Assembly: GCA_964057225.1 (NCBI GenBank)
Contig: OZ059895.1
Location: 20,584,001 to 20,648,000, forward strand
DNA from: Auanema rhodensis
Lineage: Eukaryota > Animalia > Nematoda
Reading direction: 5' to 3'
Length of the DNA stretch: 64,000 nucleotides
Of this stretch, positions 1 through 12,305 are shown piece by piece. The translations under genes and the position numbers were made by a program. Position 1 is the stretch's first letter. Each line of letters opens with the position of its first letter. The notes under the pieces are model-generated. The model had not been told where the DNA came from. It was given only the letters and a program-made list of their open reading frames with translations, and did no database searches.

Positions 1-2513
1 GACTTTAAAATTTACGTGAACTTTAATTTATGCTAATTAAGTGTACACATGATGTGCACTTGGTATGTAACTCGTTTCACGTCAAAGATAAAGAGATGCG
101 GTTTTCAAAATTGGATTCCCCATGTCCATATTAGTCTAAAAACAAATTTTTATTAATATTGGTGCATGGTAACCATGACTTTGAAATTTACGTGAACTTT
201 AATTTATGCTAATTAAGTGTACACATGATGTGCGCTTGGTATGTAACTCGCTTCACGTGAAAGATAAAGAGATGCGGTTTTCAAAATTAGATTCCCCATT
301 TCCATATTAGTCTAAAAACAAATTTTTATTGATATTGGTGCATGGCAACCATGACTTTAAAATTTACGTGAACTTTAATTTATGCTAATTAAGTGTACAC
401 ATGATGTGCACTTGGTATGTAACTCGTTTCACATCAAAGATAAAGAGATGCGGTTTTCAAAATTGGATTCCCCATGTCCATATTAGTCTTAAAACAAATT
501 TTTATTAATATTGGTGCATGGTAACCATGACTTTGAAATTTACGTGAACTTTAATTTATGCTAATTAAGTGTACACATGATGTGCACTTGGTATGTAACT
601 CGCTTCACGTGAAAGATGAAGAGATGCGGTTTTCAAAATTAGATTCCCCATATCCATATTAGTCTAAAAACAAATTTTCATTGATATTGGTGCATGGTAA
701 CCATGACTTTGAAATTTACGTGAACTTTAATTTATGCTAATTAAATGTACACGTGATGTGCACTTGGTATGTAACTCGCTTCACGTCAAAGATAAAGAGA
801 TGAGGTTTTCAAAATTAGATTCCCCATGTCCATATTAGTCTAAAAACAAATTTTTATTAATATTGGTGCATGGTAACCATGACTTTGAAATTTACGTGAA
901 CTTTAATTTATGCTAATTAAGTGTACACATGATGTGCGCTTGGTATGTAACTCGCTTCACGTGAAAGATAAAGAGATGCGGTTTTCAAAATTAGATTCCC
1001 CATTTCCATATTAGTCTAAAAACAAATTTTTATTGATATTGGTGCATGGCAACCATGACTTTAAAATTTACGTGAACTTTAATTTATGCTAATTAAGTGT
1101 ACACATGATGTGCACTTGGTATGTAACTCGCTTCACGTGAAAGATAAAGAGATGCGGTTTTCAAAATAGATTCCCCATTTCCATATTAGTCTAAAAACAA
1201 ATTTTTATTGATATTGGTGCATGGCAACCATGACTTTAAAATTTACGTGAACTTTAATTTATGCTAATTAAGTGTACACATGATGTGCACTTGGTATGGA
1301 ACTCGCTTCACGTCAAAGATAAAGAGAAGAGGTTTTCAAAATAAGATTCCCCATGTCAATATTAGTCTAAAAACAAATTTTTATTAATATTGGTGCATGG
1401 TAACCATGACTTTGAAATTTACGTGAACTTTAATTTATGCTAATTAAGTGTACACATGATGTGCGCTTGGTATGTAACTCGCTTCACGTGAAAGATAAAG
1501 AGATGCGGTTTTCATAATTAGATTCCTCATTTCCATATTAGTCTAAAAACAAATTTTTATTAATATTGGTGCATGGTAACCATGACTTTGAAATTTACGT
1601 GAACTTTAATTTATGCTAATTAAGTGTACACATGATGTGCACTTGGTATGTAACTCGCTTCACGTGAAAGATGAAGAGATGCGGTTTTCAAAATTAGATT
1701 CCCCATGTCCATATTAGTCTAAAAACAAATTTTTATTAATATTGGTGCATGGTAACCATGACTTTGAAATTTACGTGAACTTTAATTTATGCTAATTAAG
1801 TGTACACATGATGTGCACTTGGTATGTAACTCGCTTCACGTGAAAGATAAAGAGATGCGGTTTTCCAAATTAGATTTCGCATGTCCATATTAGTCTAAAA
1901 ACAAATTTTTATTGATATTGGTGCATGGTAACCATGACTTTGAAATTTACGTGAACTTTAATTTATGCTAATTAAGTGTACACATGATGTGCACTCGGTA
2001 TGTAACTCGCTTCACGTGAAAGATGAAGAGATGCGGTTTTCAAAATTAGATTCCTCATGTCCATATTAGTCTAAAAACGAATTTTTATTGATATTGGTGC
2101 ATGGTAACCATGACTTTGAAATTTACGTGAACTTTAATTTATGCTTATTAAGTGTACACGTGATGTGCACTTGGTATGTAACTCGCTTCACGTGAAATAT
2201 AAAGGGATGCGGTTTTCAAAATTAGATTCCCCATGTCCATATTAGTCTAAAAACAAATTTTTATTAATATTGGTGCATGGTAACCATGACTTTAAAATTT
2301 ACGTGAACTTTAATTTATGCTAATTAAGTGTACACATGATGTGGACTTGGTATGTAACTCGCTTCACGTCAAAGATAAAGAGATGCGGTTTTCAAAATTA
2401 GATTCCCCATGTCCATATTAGTCTAAAAACAAATTTTTATTAATATTGGTGCATGGTAACCATGACTTTAAAATTTACGTGAACTTTAATTTATGCTAAT
2501 TAAGTGTACACAT
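1..2513 (+). repeat. 176-bp satellite array, block 1 (forward orientation, ~14 monomers, truncated by window start)
   Basis: The unit GACTTT(G/A)AAATTTACGTGAAC...GGTGCATGGTAACCAT recurs at 1, 177, 353 and onward (period 176), with only a few substitutions per copy. Confidence 0.98.
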
Positions 2514-2525
2514 TTATTTGATTTC
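2514..2525. other. Left inversion junction with 12-bp filler TTATTTGATTTC
   Basis: These bases lie between the end of the forward monomer (GTGTACACAT, 2513) and the start of the reverse monomer (ACATACCAAG, 2526), and match neither in register. Confidence 0.9.
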
Positions 2526-5500
2526 ACATACCAAGTGCACATCATGTGTACACTTAATTAGCATAAATTAAAGTTCACGTAAATTTCAAAGTCATGGTTA
2601 CCATGCACCAATATTAATAAAAATTTGTTTTAAGACTAATATGGACATGGGGAATCCAATTTTGAAAACCGCATCTCTTTATCTTTGACGTGAAACGAGT
2701 TACATACCAAGTGCACATCATGTGTACACTTAATTAGCATAAATTAAAGTTCACGTAAATTTTAAAGTCATGGTTGCCATGCACCAATATCAATAAAAAT
2801 TTGTTTTTAGACTAATATGGAAATGGGGAATCTAATTTTGAAAACCGCATCTCTTTATCTTTCACGTGAAGCGAGTTACATACCAAGCGCACATCATGTG
2901 TACACTTAATTAGCATAAATTAAAGTTCACGTAAATTTCAAAGTCATGGTTACCATGCACCAATATTAATAAAAATTTGTTTTTAGACTAATATGGACAT
3001 GGGGAATCTAATTTTGAAAACCTCATCTCTTTATCTTTGACGTGAAGCGAGTTACATACCAAGTGCACATCACGTGTACATTTAAATAGCATAAATTAAA
3101 GTTCACGTAAATTTCAAAGTCATGGTTACCATGCACCAATATCAATGAAAATTTGTTTTTAGACTAATATGGATATGGGGAATCTAATTTTGAAAACCGC
3201 ATCTCTTCATCTTTCACGTGAAGCGAGTTACATACCAAGTGCACATCATGTGTACACTTAATTAGCATAAATTAAAGTTCACGTAAATTTCAAAGTCATG
3301 GTTACCATGCACCAATATTAATAAAAATTTGTTTTAAGACTAATATGGACATGGGGAATCCAATTTTGAAAACCGCATCTCTTTATCTTTGACGTGAAAC
3401 GAGTTACATACCAAGTGCACATCATGTGTACACTTAATTAGCATAAATTAAAGTTCACGTAAATTTTAAAGTCATGGTTGCCATGCACCAATATCAATAA
3501 AAATTTGTTTTTAGACTAATATGGAAATGGGGAATCTAATTTTGAAAACCGCATCTCTTTATCTTTCACGTGAAGCGAGTTACATACCAAGCGCACATCA
3601 TGTGTACACTTAATTAGCATAAATTAAAGTTCACGTAAATTTCAAAGTCATGGTTACCATGCACCAATATTAATAAAAATTTGTTTTTAGACTAATATGG
3701 ACATGGGGAATCCAATTTTGAAAACCGCATCTCTTTATCTTTGACGTGAAACGAGTTACATACCAAGTGCACATCATGTGTACACTTAATTAGCATAAAT
3801 TAAAGTTCACGTAAATTTTAAAGTCATGGTTGCCATGCACCAATATCAATAAAAATTTGTTTTTAGACTAATATGGAAATGGGGAATCTAATTTTGAAAA
3901 CCGCATCTCTTTATCTTTCACGTGAAGCGAGTTACATACCAAGTGCACATCACGTGTACACTTAATTAGCATAAATTAAAGTTCACGTAAATTCCAAAGT
4001 CATGGTTACCATGCACCAATATCAATAAAAATTTGTGTTTAGACTAATATGGACATGGGGAATCTAATTTTGAAAACCGCATCTCTTTATCTTTCACGTG
4101 AAGCGAGTTACATACCAAGCGCACATCATGTGTACACTTAATTAGCATAAATTAAAGTTCACGTAAATTTCAAAGTCATGGTTACCATGCACCAATATTA
4201 ATAAAAATTTGTTTTTAGACTAATATGGACATGGGGAATCCAATTTTGAAAACCGCATCTCTTTATCTTTGACGTGAAACGAGTTACATACCAAGTGCAC
4301 ATCATGTGTACACTTAATTAGCATAAATTAAAGTTCACGTAAATTTTAAAGTCATGGTTGCCATGCACCAATATCAATAAAAATTTGTTTTTAGACTAAT
4401 ATGGAAATGGGGAATCTAATTTTGAAAACCGCATCTCTTTATCTTTCACGTGAAGCGAGTTACATACCAAGTGCACATCACGTGTACACTTAATTAGCAT
4501 AAATTAAAGTTCACGTAAATTCCAAAGTCATGGTTACCATGCACCAATATCAATAAAAATTTGTGTTTAGACTAATATGGACATGGGAAATCTAATTTTG
4601 AAAACCGCATCTCTTTATCTTTCACGTGAAGCGAGTTACATACCAAGTGCACATCACGTGTACACTTAATTAGCATAAATTAAAGTTCACGTAAATTTCA
4701 AAGTCATGGTTACCATGCACCAGTATTAATAAAAATATGTTTTTAGACTAATATAGACATGGGGAATCTAATTTTGAAAACCGCATCTCTTTATCTTTCA
4801 CGTGAAGCGAGTTACATACCAAGTGCACATCACGTGTACACTTAATTAGCATAAATTAAAGTTCACGTAAATTTCAAAGTCATGGTTACCATGCACCAAT
4901 ATTAATAAAAATTTGTTTTTAGACTAATATGGACATGGGGAATCTAATTTTGAAAACCTCATCTCTTTATCTTTGACGTGAAGCGAGTTACATACCAAGT
5001 GCACATCACGTGTACATTTAATTAGCATAAATTAAAGTTCACGTAAATTTCAAAGTCATGGTTACCATGCACCAATATCAATGAAAATTTGTTTTTAGAC
5101 TAATATGGATATGGGGAATCTAATTTTGAAAACCGCATCTCTTCATCTTTCACGTGAAGCGAGTTACATACCAAGTGCACATCATGTGTACACTTAATTA
5201 GCATAAATTAAAGTTCACGTAAATTTCAAAGTCATGGTTACCATGCACCAATATTAATAAAAATTTGTTTTAAGACTAATATGGACATGGGGAATCCAAT
5301 TTTGAAAACCGCATCTCTTTATCTTTGACGTGAAACGAGTTACATACCAAGTGCACATCATGTGTACACTTAATTAGCATAAATTAAAGTTCACGTAAAT
5401 TTTAAAGTCATGGTTGCCATGCACCAATATCAATAAAAATTTGTTTTTAGACTAATATGGAAATGGGGAATCTAATTTTGAAAACCGCATCTCTTTATCT

Positions 5501-8500
5501 TTCACGTGAAGCGAGTTACATACCAAGCGCACATCATGTGTACACTTAATTAGCATAAATTAAAGTTCACGTAAATTTCAAAGTCATGGTTACCATGCAC
5601 CAATATTAATAAAAATTTGTTTTTAGACTAATATGGACATGGGGAATCTAATTTTGAAAACCTCATCTCTTTATCTTTGACGTGAAGCGAGTTACATACC
5701 AAGTGCACATCACGTGTACATTTAATTAGCATAAATTAAAGTTCACGTAAATTTCAAAGTCATGGTTACCATGCACCAATATCAATGAAAATTTGTTTTT
5801 AGACTAATATGGATATGGGGAATCTAATTTTGAAAACCGCATCTCTTCATCTTTCACGTGAAGCGAGTTACATACCAAGTGCACATCATGTGTACACTTA
5901 ATTAGCATAAATTAAAGTTCACGTAAATTTCAAAGTCATGGTTACCATGCACCAATATTAATAAAAATTTGTTTTAAGACTAATATGGACATGGGGAATC
6001 CAATTTTGAAAACCGCATCTCTTTATCTTTGACGTGAAACGAGTTACATACCAAGTGCACATCATGTGTACACTTAATTAGCATAAATTAAAGTTCACGT
6101 AAATTTTAAAGTCATGGTTGCCATGCACCAATATCAATAAAAATTTGTTTTTAGACTAATATGGAAATGGGGAATCTAATTTTGAAAACCGCATCTCTTT
6201 ATCTTTCACGTGAAGCGAGTTACATACCAAGCGCACATCATGTGTACACTTAATTAGCATAAATTAAAGTTCACGTAAATTTCAAAGTCATGGTTACCAT
6301 GCACCAATATTAATAAAAATTTGTTTTTAGACTAATATGGACATGGGGAATCCAATTTTGAAAACCGCATCTCTTTATCTTTGACGTGAAACGAGTTACA
6401 TACCGAGTGCACATCATGTGTACACTTAATTAGCATAAATTAAAGTTCACGTAAATTTTAAAGTCATGGTTGCCATGCACCAATATCAATAAAAATTTGT
6501 TTTTAGACTAATATGGAAATGGGGAATCTAATTTTGAAAACCGCATCTCTTTATCTTTCACGTGAAGCGAGTTACATACCAAGTGCACATCACGTGTACA
6601 CTTAATTAGCATAAATTAAAGTTCACGTAAATTCCAAAGTCATGGTTACCATGCACCAATATCAATAAAAATTTGTGTTTAGACTAATATGGACATGGGG
6701 AATCTAATTTTGAAAACCGCATCTCTTTATCTTTCACGTGAAGCGAGTTACATACCAAGTGCACATCACGTGTACACTTAATTAGCATAAATTAAAGTTC
6801 ACGTAAATTTCAAAGTCATGGTTACCATGCACCAGTATTAATAAAAATATGTTTTTAGACTAATATAGACATGGGGAATCTAATTTTGAAAACCGCATCT
6901 CTTTATCTTTGACGTGAAGCGAGTTACATACCAAGTGCACATCATGTGTACACTTAATTAGCATAAATTAAAGTTCACGTAAATTTCAAAGTCATGGTTA
7001 CCATGCACCAATATCAATAAAAATTTGTTTTTAGACTAATATGGACATGGGGAATCTAATTTTGAAAACCGCATCTCTTTATCTTTGACGTGAAGCGAGT
7101 TACATACCAAGCGCACATCATGTGTACACTTAATTAGCATAAATTAAAGTTCACGTAAATTTCAAAGTCATGGTTACCAAGCACCAATATCAATAAAAAT
7201 TTGTTTTTAGACTAATATGGACATGGGGAATCTAATTTTGAAAACCGCATCTCTTTATCTTTGACGTGAAGCGAGTTACATACCAAGTGCACATCATGTG
7301 TACACTTAATTAGCATAAATTAAAGTTCACGTAAATTTCAAAGTCATGGTTACCATGCATCAATATTAATAAAAATTTGTTTTTAGACTAATATGGAAAT
7401 GGGGAATCTAATTTTGAAAACCGCATCTCTTTATCTTTGACGTGAAGCGAGTTACATACCAAGTGCACATCATGTGTACACTTAATTAGCATAAATTAAA
7501 GTTCACGTAAATTTCAAAGTCATGGTTACCATGCATCAATATTAATAAAAATTTGTTTTTAGACTAATATGGACATGGGGAATCCAATTTTAAAAACCGC
7601 ATCTCTTTATCTTTGACGTGAAACGAGTTACATACCAAGTGCACATCATGTGTACACTTAATTAGCATAAATTAAAGTTCACGTAAATTTTAAAGTCATG
7701 GTTGCCATGCACCAATATCAATAAAAATTTGTTTTTAGACTAATATGGAAATGGGGAATCTAATTTTGAAAACCGCATCTCTTTATCTTTCACGTGAAGC
7801 GAGTTACATACCAAGCGCACATCATGTGTACACTTAATCAGCATAAATTAAAGTTCACGTAAATTTCAAAGTCATGGTTACCATGCACCAATATTAATAA
7901 AAATTTGTTTTTAGACTAATATGGACATGGGGAATCTAATTTTGAAAACCGCATCTCTTTATCTTTGACGTGAAGCGAGTTACATACCAAGTGCACATCA
8001 TGTGTACACTTAATTAGCATAAATTAAAGTTCACGTAAATTTTAAAGTCATGGTTGCCATGCACCAATATCAATAAAAATTTGTTTTTTGACTGATATGG
8101 AAATGGGGAATCTAATTTTGAAAACCGCATCTCTTTATCTTTCACGTGAAGCGAGTTACATACCAAGTGCACATCACGTGTACACTTAATTAGCATAAAT
8201 TAAAGTTCACGTAAATTTCAAAGTCATGGTTACAATGCACCAATATCAATAAAAATTTGTGTTTAGACTAATATGGACATGGGGAATCTAATTTTGAAAA
8301 CCGCATCCCTTTATATTTCACGTGAAGCGAGTTACATACCAAGTGCACATCATGTGTACACTTAATTAGCATAAATTAAAGTTCACGTAAATTTCAAAGT
8401 CATGGTTACCATGCATCAATATTAATAAAAATTTGTTTTTAGACTAATATGGACATGGGGAATCCAATTTTGAAAACCGCATCTCTTTATCTTTGACGTG

Positions 8501-11500
8501 AAACGAGTTACATACCAAGTGCACATCATGTGTACACTTAATTAGCATAAATTAAAGTTCACGTAAATTTTAAAGTCATGGTTGCCATGCACCAATATCA
8601 ATAAAAATTTGTTTTTAGACTAATATGGAAATGGGGAATCTAATTTTGAAAACCGCATCTCTTTATCTTTCACGTGAAGCGAGTTACATACCAAGCGCAC
8701 ATCATGTGTACACTTAATTAGCATAAATTAAAGTTCACGTAAATTTCAAAGTCATGGTTACCATGCACCAATATTAATAAAAATTTGTTTTTAGACTAAT
8801 ATGGACATGGGGAATCTAATTTTGAAAACCGCATCTCTTTATCTTTGACGTGAAGCGAGTTACATACCAAGTGCACATCATGTGTACACTTAATTAGCAT
8901 AAATTAAAGTTCACGTAAATTTTAAAGTCATGGTTGCCATGCACCAATATCAATAAAAATTTGTTTTTTGACTAATATGGAAATGGGGAATCTAATTTTG
9001 AAAACCGCATCTCTTTATCTTTCACGTGAAGCGAGTTACATACCAAGAGCACATCACGTGTACACTTAATTAGCATAAATTAAAGTTCACGTAAATTTCA
9101 AAGTCATGGTTACCATGCACCAATATCAATAAAAATTTGTGTTTAGACTAATATGGACATGGGGAATCTAATTTTGAAAACCGCATCTCTTTATCTTTCA
9201 CGTGAAGCGAGTTACATACCAAGTGCACATCACGTGTACACTTAATTAGCATAAATTAAAGTTCACGTAAATTTCAAAGTCATGGTTACCATGCACCAAT
9301 ATTAATAAAAATTTGTTTTTAGACTAATATGGACATGGGGAATCTAATTTTAAAAACCGCATCTCTTTATCTTTGACGTGAAGCGAGTTACATACCAAGT
9401 GCACATCATGTGTACACTTAATTAGCATAAATTAAAGTTCACGTTAATTTCAAAGTCATGGTTACCATGCACCAATATTAATAAAAATTTGTTTTTAGAC
9501 TAATATGGACATGGGGAATCTAATTTTGAAAACCGCATCTCTTTATCTTTGACGTGAAGCGAGTTACATACCAAGTCCACATCATGTGTACACTTAATTA
9601 GCATAAATTAAAGTTCACGTAAATTTTAAAGTCATGGTTACCATGCACCAATATTAATAAAAATTTGTTTTTAGACTAATATGGACATGGGGAATCTAAT
9701 TTTGAAAACCGCATCCCTTTATATTTCACGTGAAGCGAGTTACATACCAAGTGCACATCACGTGTACACTTAATAAGCATAAATTAAAGTTCACGTAAAT
9801 TTCAAAGTCATGGTTACCATGCACCAATATCAATGAAAATTTGTTTTTAGACTAATATGGATATGGGGAATCTAATTTTGAAAACCGCATCTCTTCATCT
9901 TTCACGTGAAGCGAGTTACATACCAAGTGCACATCATGTGTACACTTAATTAGCATAAATTAAAGTTCACGTAAATTTCAAAGTCATGGTTACCATGCAC
10001 CAATATTAATAAAAATTTGTTTTAAGACTAATATGGACATGGGGAATCCAATTTTGAAAACCGCATCTCTTTATCTTTGACGTGAAACGAGTTACATACC
10101 AAGTGCACATCATGTGTACACTTAATTAGCATAAATTAAAGTTCACGTAAATTTTAAAGTCATGGTTGCCATGCACCAATATCAATAAAAATTTGTTTTT
10201 AGACTAATATGGAAATGGGGAATCTAATTTTGAAAACCGCATCTCTTTATCTTTCACGTGAAGCGAGTTACATACCAAGCGCACATCATGTGTACACTTA
10301 ATTAGCATAAATTAAAGTTCACGTAAATTTCAAAGTCATGGTTACCATGCACCAATATTAATAAAAATTTGTTTTTAGACTAATATGGACATGGGGAATC
10401 CAATTTTGAAAACCGCATCTCTTTATCTTTGACGTGAAACGAGTTACATACCAAGTGCACATCATGTGTACACTTAATTAGCATAAATTAAAGTTCACGT
10501 AAATTTTAAAGTCATGGTTGCCATGCACCAATATCAATAAAAATTTGTTTTTAGACTAATATGGAAATGGGGAATCTAATTTTGAAAACCGCATCTCTTT
10601 ATCTTTCACGTGAAGCGAGTTACATACCAAGTGCACATCACGTGTACACTTAATTAGCATAAATTAAAGTTCACGTAAATTCCAAAGTCATGGTTACCAT
10701 GCACCAATATCAATAAAAATTTGTGTTTAGACTAATATGGACATGGGGAATCTAATTTTGAAAACCGCATCTCTTTATCTTTCACGTGAAGCGAGTTACA
10801 TACCAAGTGCACATCACGTGTACACTTAATTAGCATAAATTAAAGTTCACGTAAATTTCAAAGTCATGGTTACCATGCACCAGTATTAATAAAAATATGT
10901 TTTTAGACTAATATGGACATGGGGAATCCAATTTTGAAAACCGCATCTCTTTATCTTTGACGTGAAACGAGTTACATACCAAGTGCACATCATGTGTACA
11001 CTTAATTAGCATAAATTAAAGTTCACGTAAATTTTAAAGTCATGGTTGCCATGCACCAATATCAATAAAAATTTGTTTTTAGACTAATATGGAAATGGGG
11101 AATCTAATTTTGAAAACCGCATCTCTTTATCTTTCACGTGAAGCGAGTTACATACCAAGTGCACATCACGTGTACACTTAATTAGCATAAATTAAAGTTC
11201 ACGTAAATTCCAAAGTCATGGTTACCATGCACCAATATCAATAAAAATTTGTGTTTAGACTAATATGGACATGGGAAATCTAATTTTGAAAACCGCATCT
11301 CTTTATCTTTCACGTGAAGCGAGTTACATACCAAGTGCACATCACGTGTACACTTAATTAGCATAAATTAAAGTTCACGTAAATTTCAAAGTCATGGTTA
11401 CCATGCACCAGTATTAATAAAAATATGTTTTTAGACTAATATAGACATGGGGAATCTAATTTTGAAAACCGCATCTCTTTATCTTTCACGTGAAGCGAGT

Positions 11501-12294
11501 TACATACCAAGTGCACATCACGTGTACACTTAATTAGCATAAATTAAAGTTCACGTAAATTTCAAAGTCATGGTTACCATGCACCAATATTAATAAAAAT
11601 TTGTTTTTAGACTAATATGGACATGGGGAATCTAATTTTGAAAACCTCATCTCTTTATCTTTGACGTGAAGCGAGTTACATACCAAGTGCACATCACGTG
11701 TACATTTAATTAGCATAAATTAAAGTTCACGTAAATTTCAAAGTCATGGTTACCATGCACCAATATCAATGAAAATTTGTTTTTAGACTAATATGGATAT
11801 GGGGAATCTAATTTTGAAAACCGCATCTCTTCATCTTTCACGTGAAGCGAGTTACATACCAAGTGCACATCATGTGTACACTTAATTAGCATAAATTAAA
11901 GTTCACGTAAATTTCAAAGTCATGGTTACCATGCACCAATATTAATAAAAATTTGTTTTAAGACTAATATGGACATGGGGAATCCAATTTTGAAAACCGC
12001 ATCTCTTTATCTTTGACGTGAAACGAGTTACATACCAAGTGCACATCATGTGTACACTTAATTAGCATAAATTAAAGTTCACGTAAATTTTAAAGTCATG
12101 GTTGCCATGCACCAATATCAATAAAAATTTGTTTTTAGACTAATATGGAAATGGGGAATCTAATTTTGAAAACCGCATCTCTTTATCTTTCACGTGAAGC
12201 GAGTTACATACCAAGCGCACATCATGTGTACACTTAATTAGCATAAATTAAAGTTCACGTAAATTTCAAAGTCATGGTTACCATGCACCAATAT
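2526..12294 (-). repeat. 176-bp satellite array, inverted block (~55 monomers)
   Basis: From 2526 the sequence reads as the reverse complement of the same monomer (ACATACCAAGTGCACATCATGTGTACACTTAATTAGC...), with period 176, until ...CACCAATAT at 12294. Confidence 0.98.
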
Positions 12295-12305
12295 GAACTT
12301 GAACT
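12294..12305. other. Right inversion junction with tandem TGAACT duplication
   Basis: The junction reads ...CCAATA-TGAACT-TGAACT-TTAATTTATG. Confidence 0.9.

Noticed and set aside
8014-8196. 60-aa ORF on the minus strand
   Set aside because: It lies within one satellite monomer and is opened by chance SNVs that remove stop codons (TTTTTTGACTGATA variant). I recognise no protein features.
2514-12305. Inverted block as a transposon with terminal repeats and target-site duplication
   Set aside because: The interior is pure satellite and the two junction scars do not match each other as a TSD or TIR pair.
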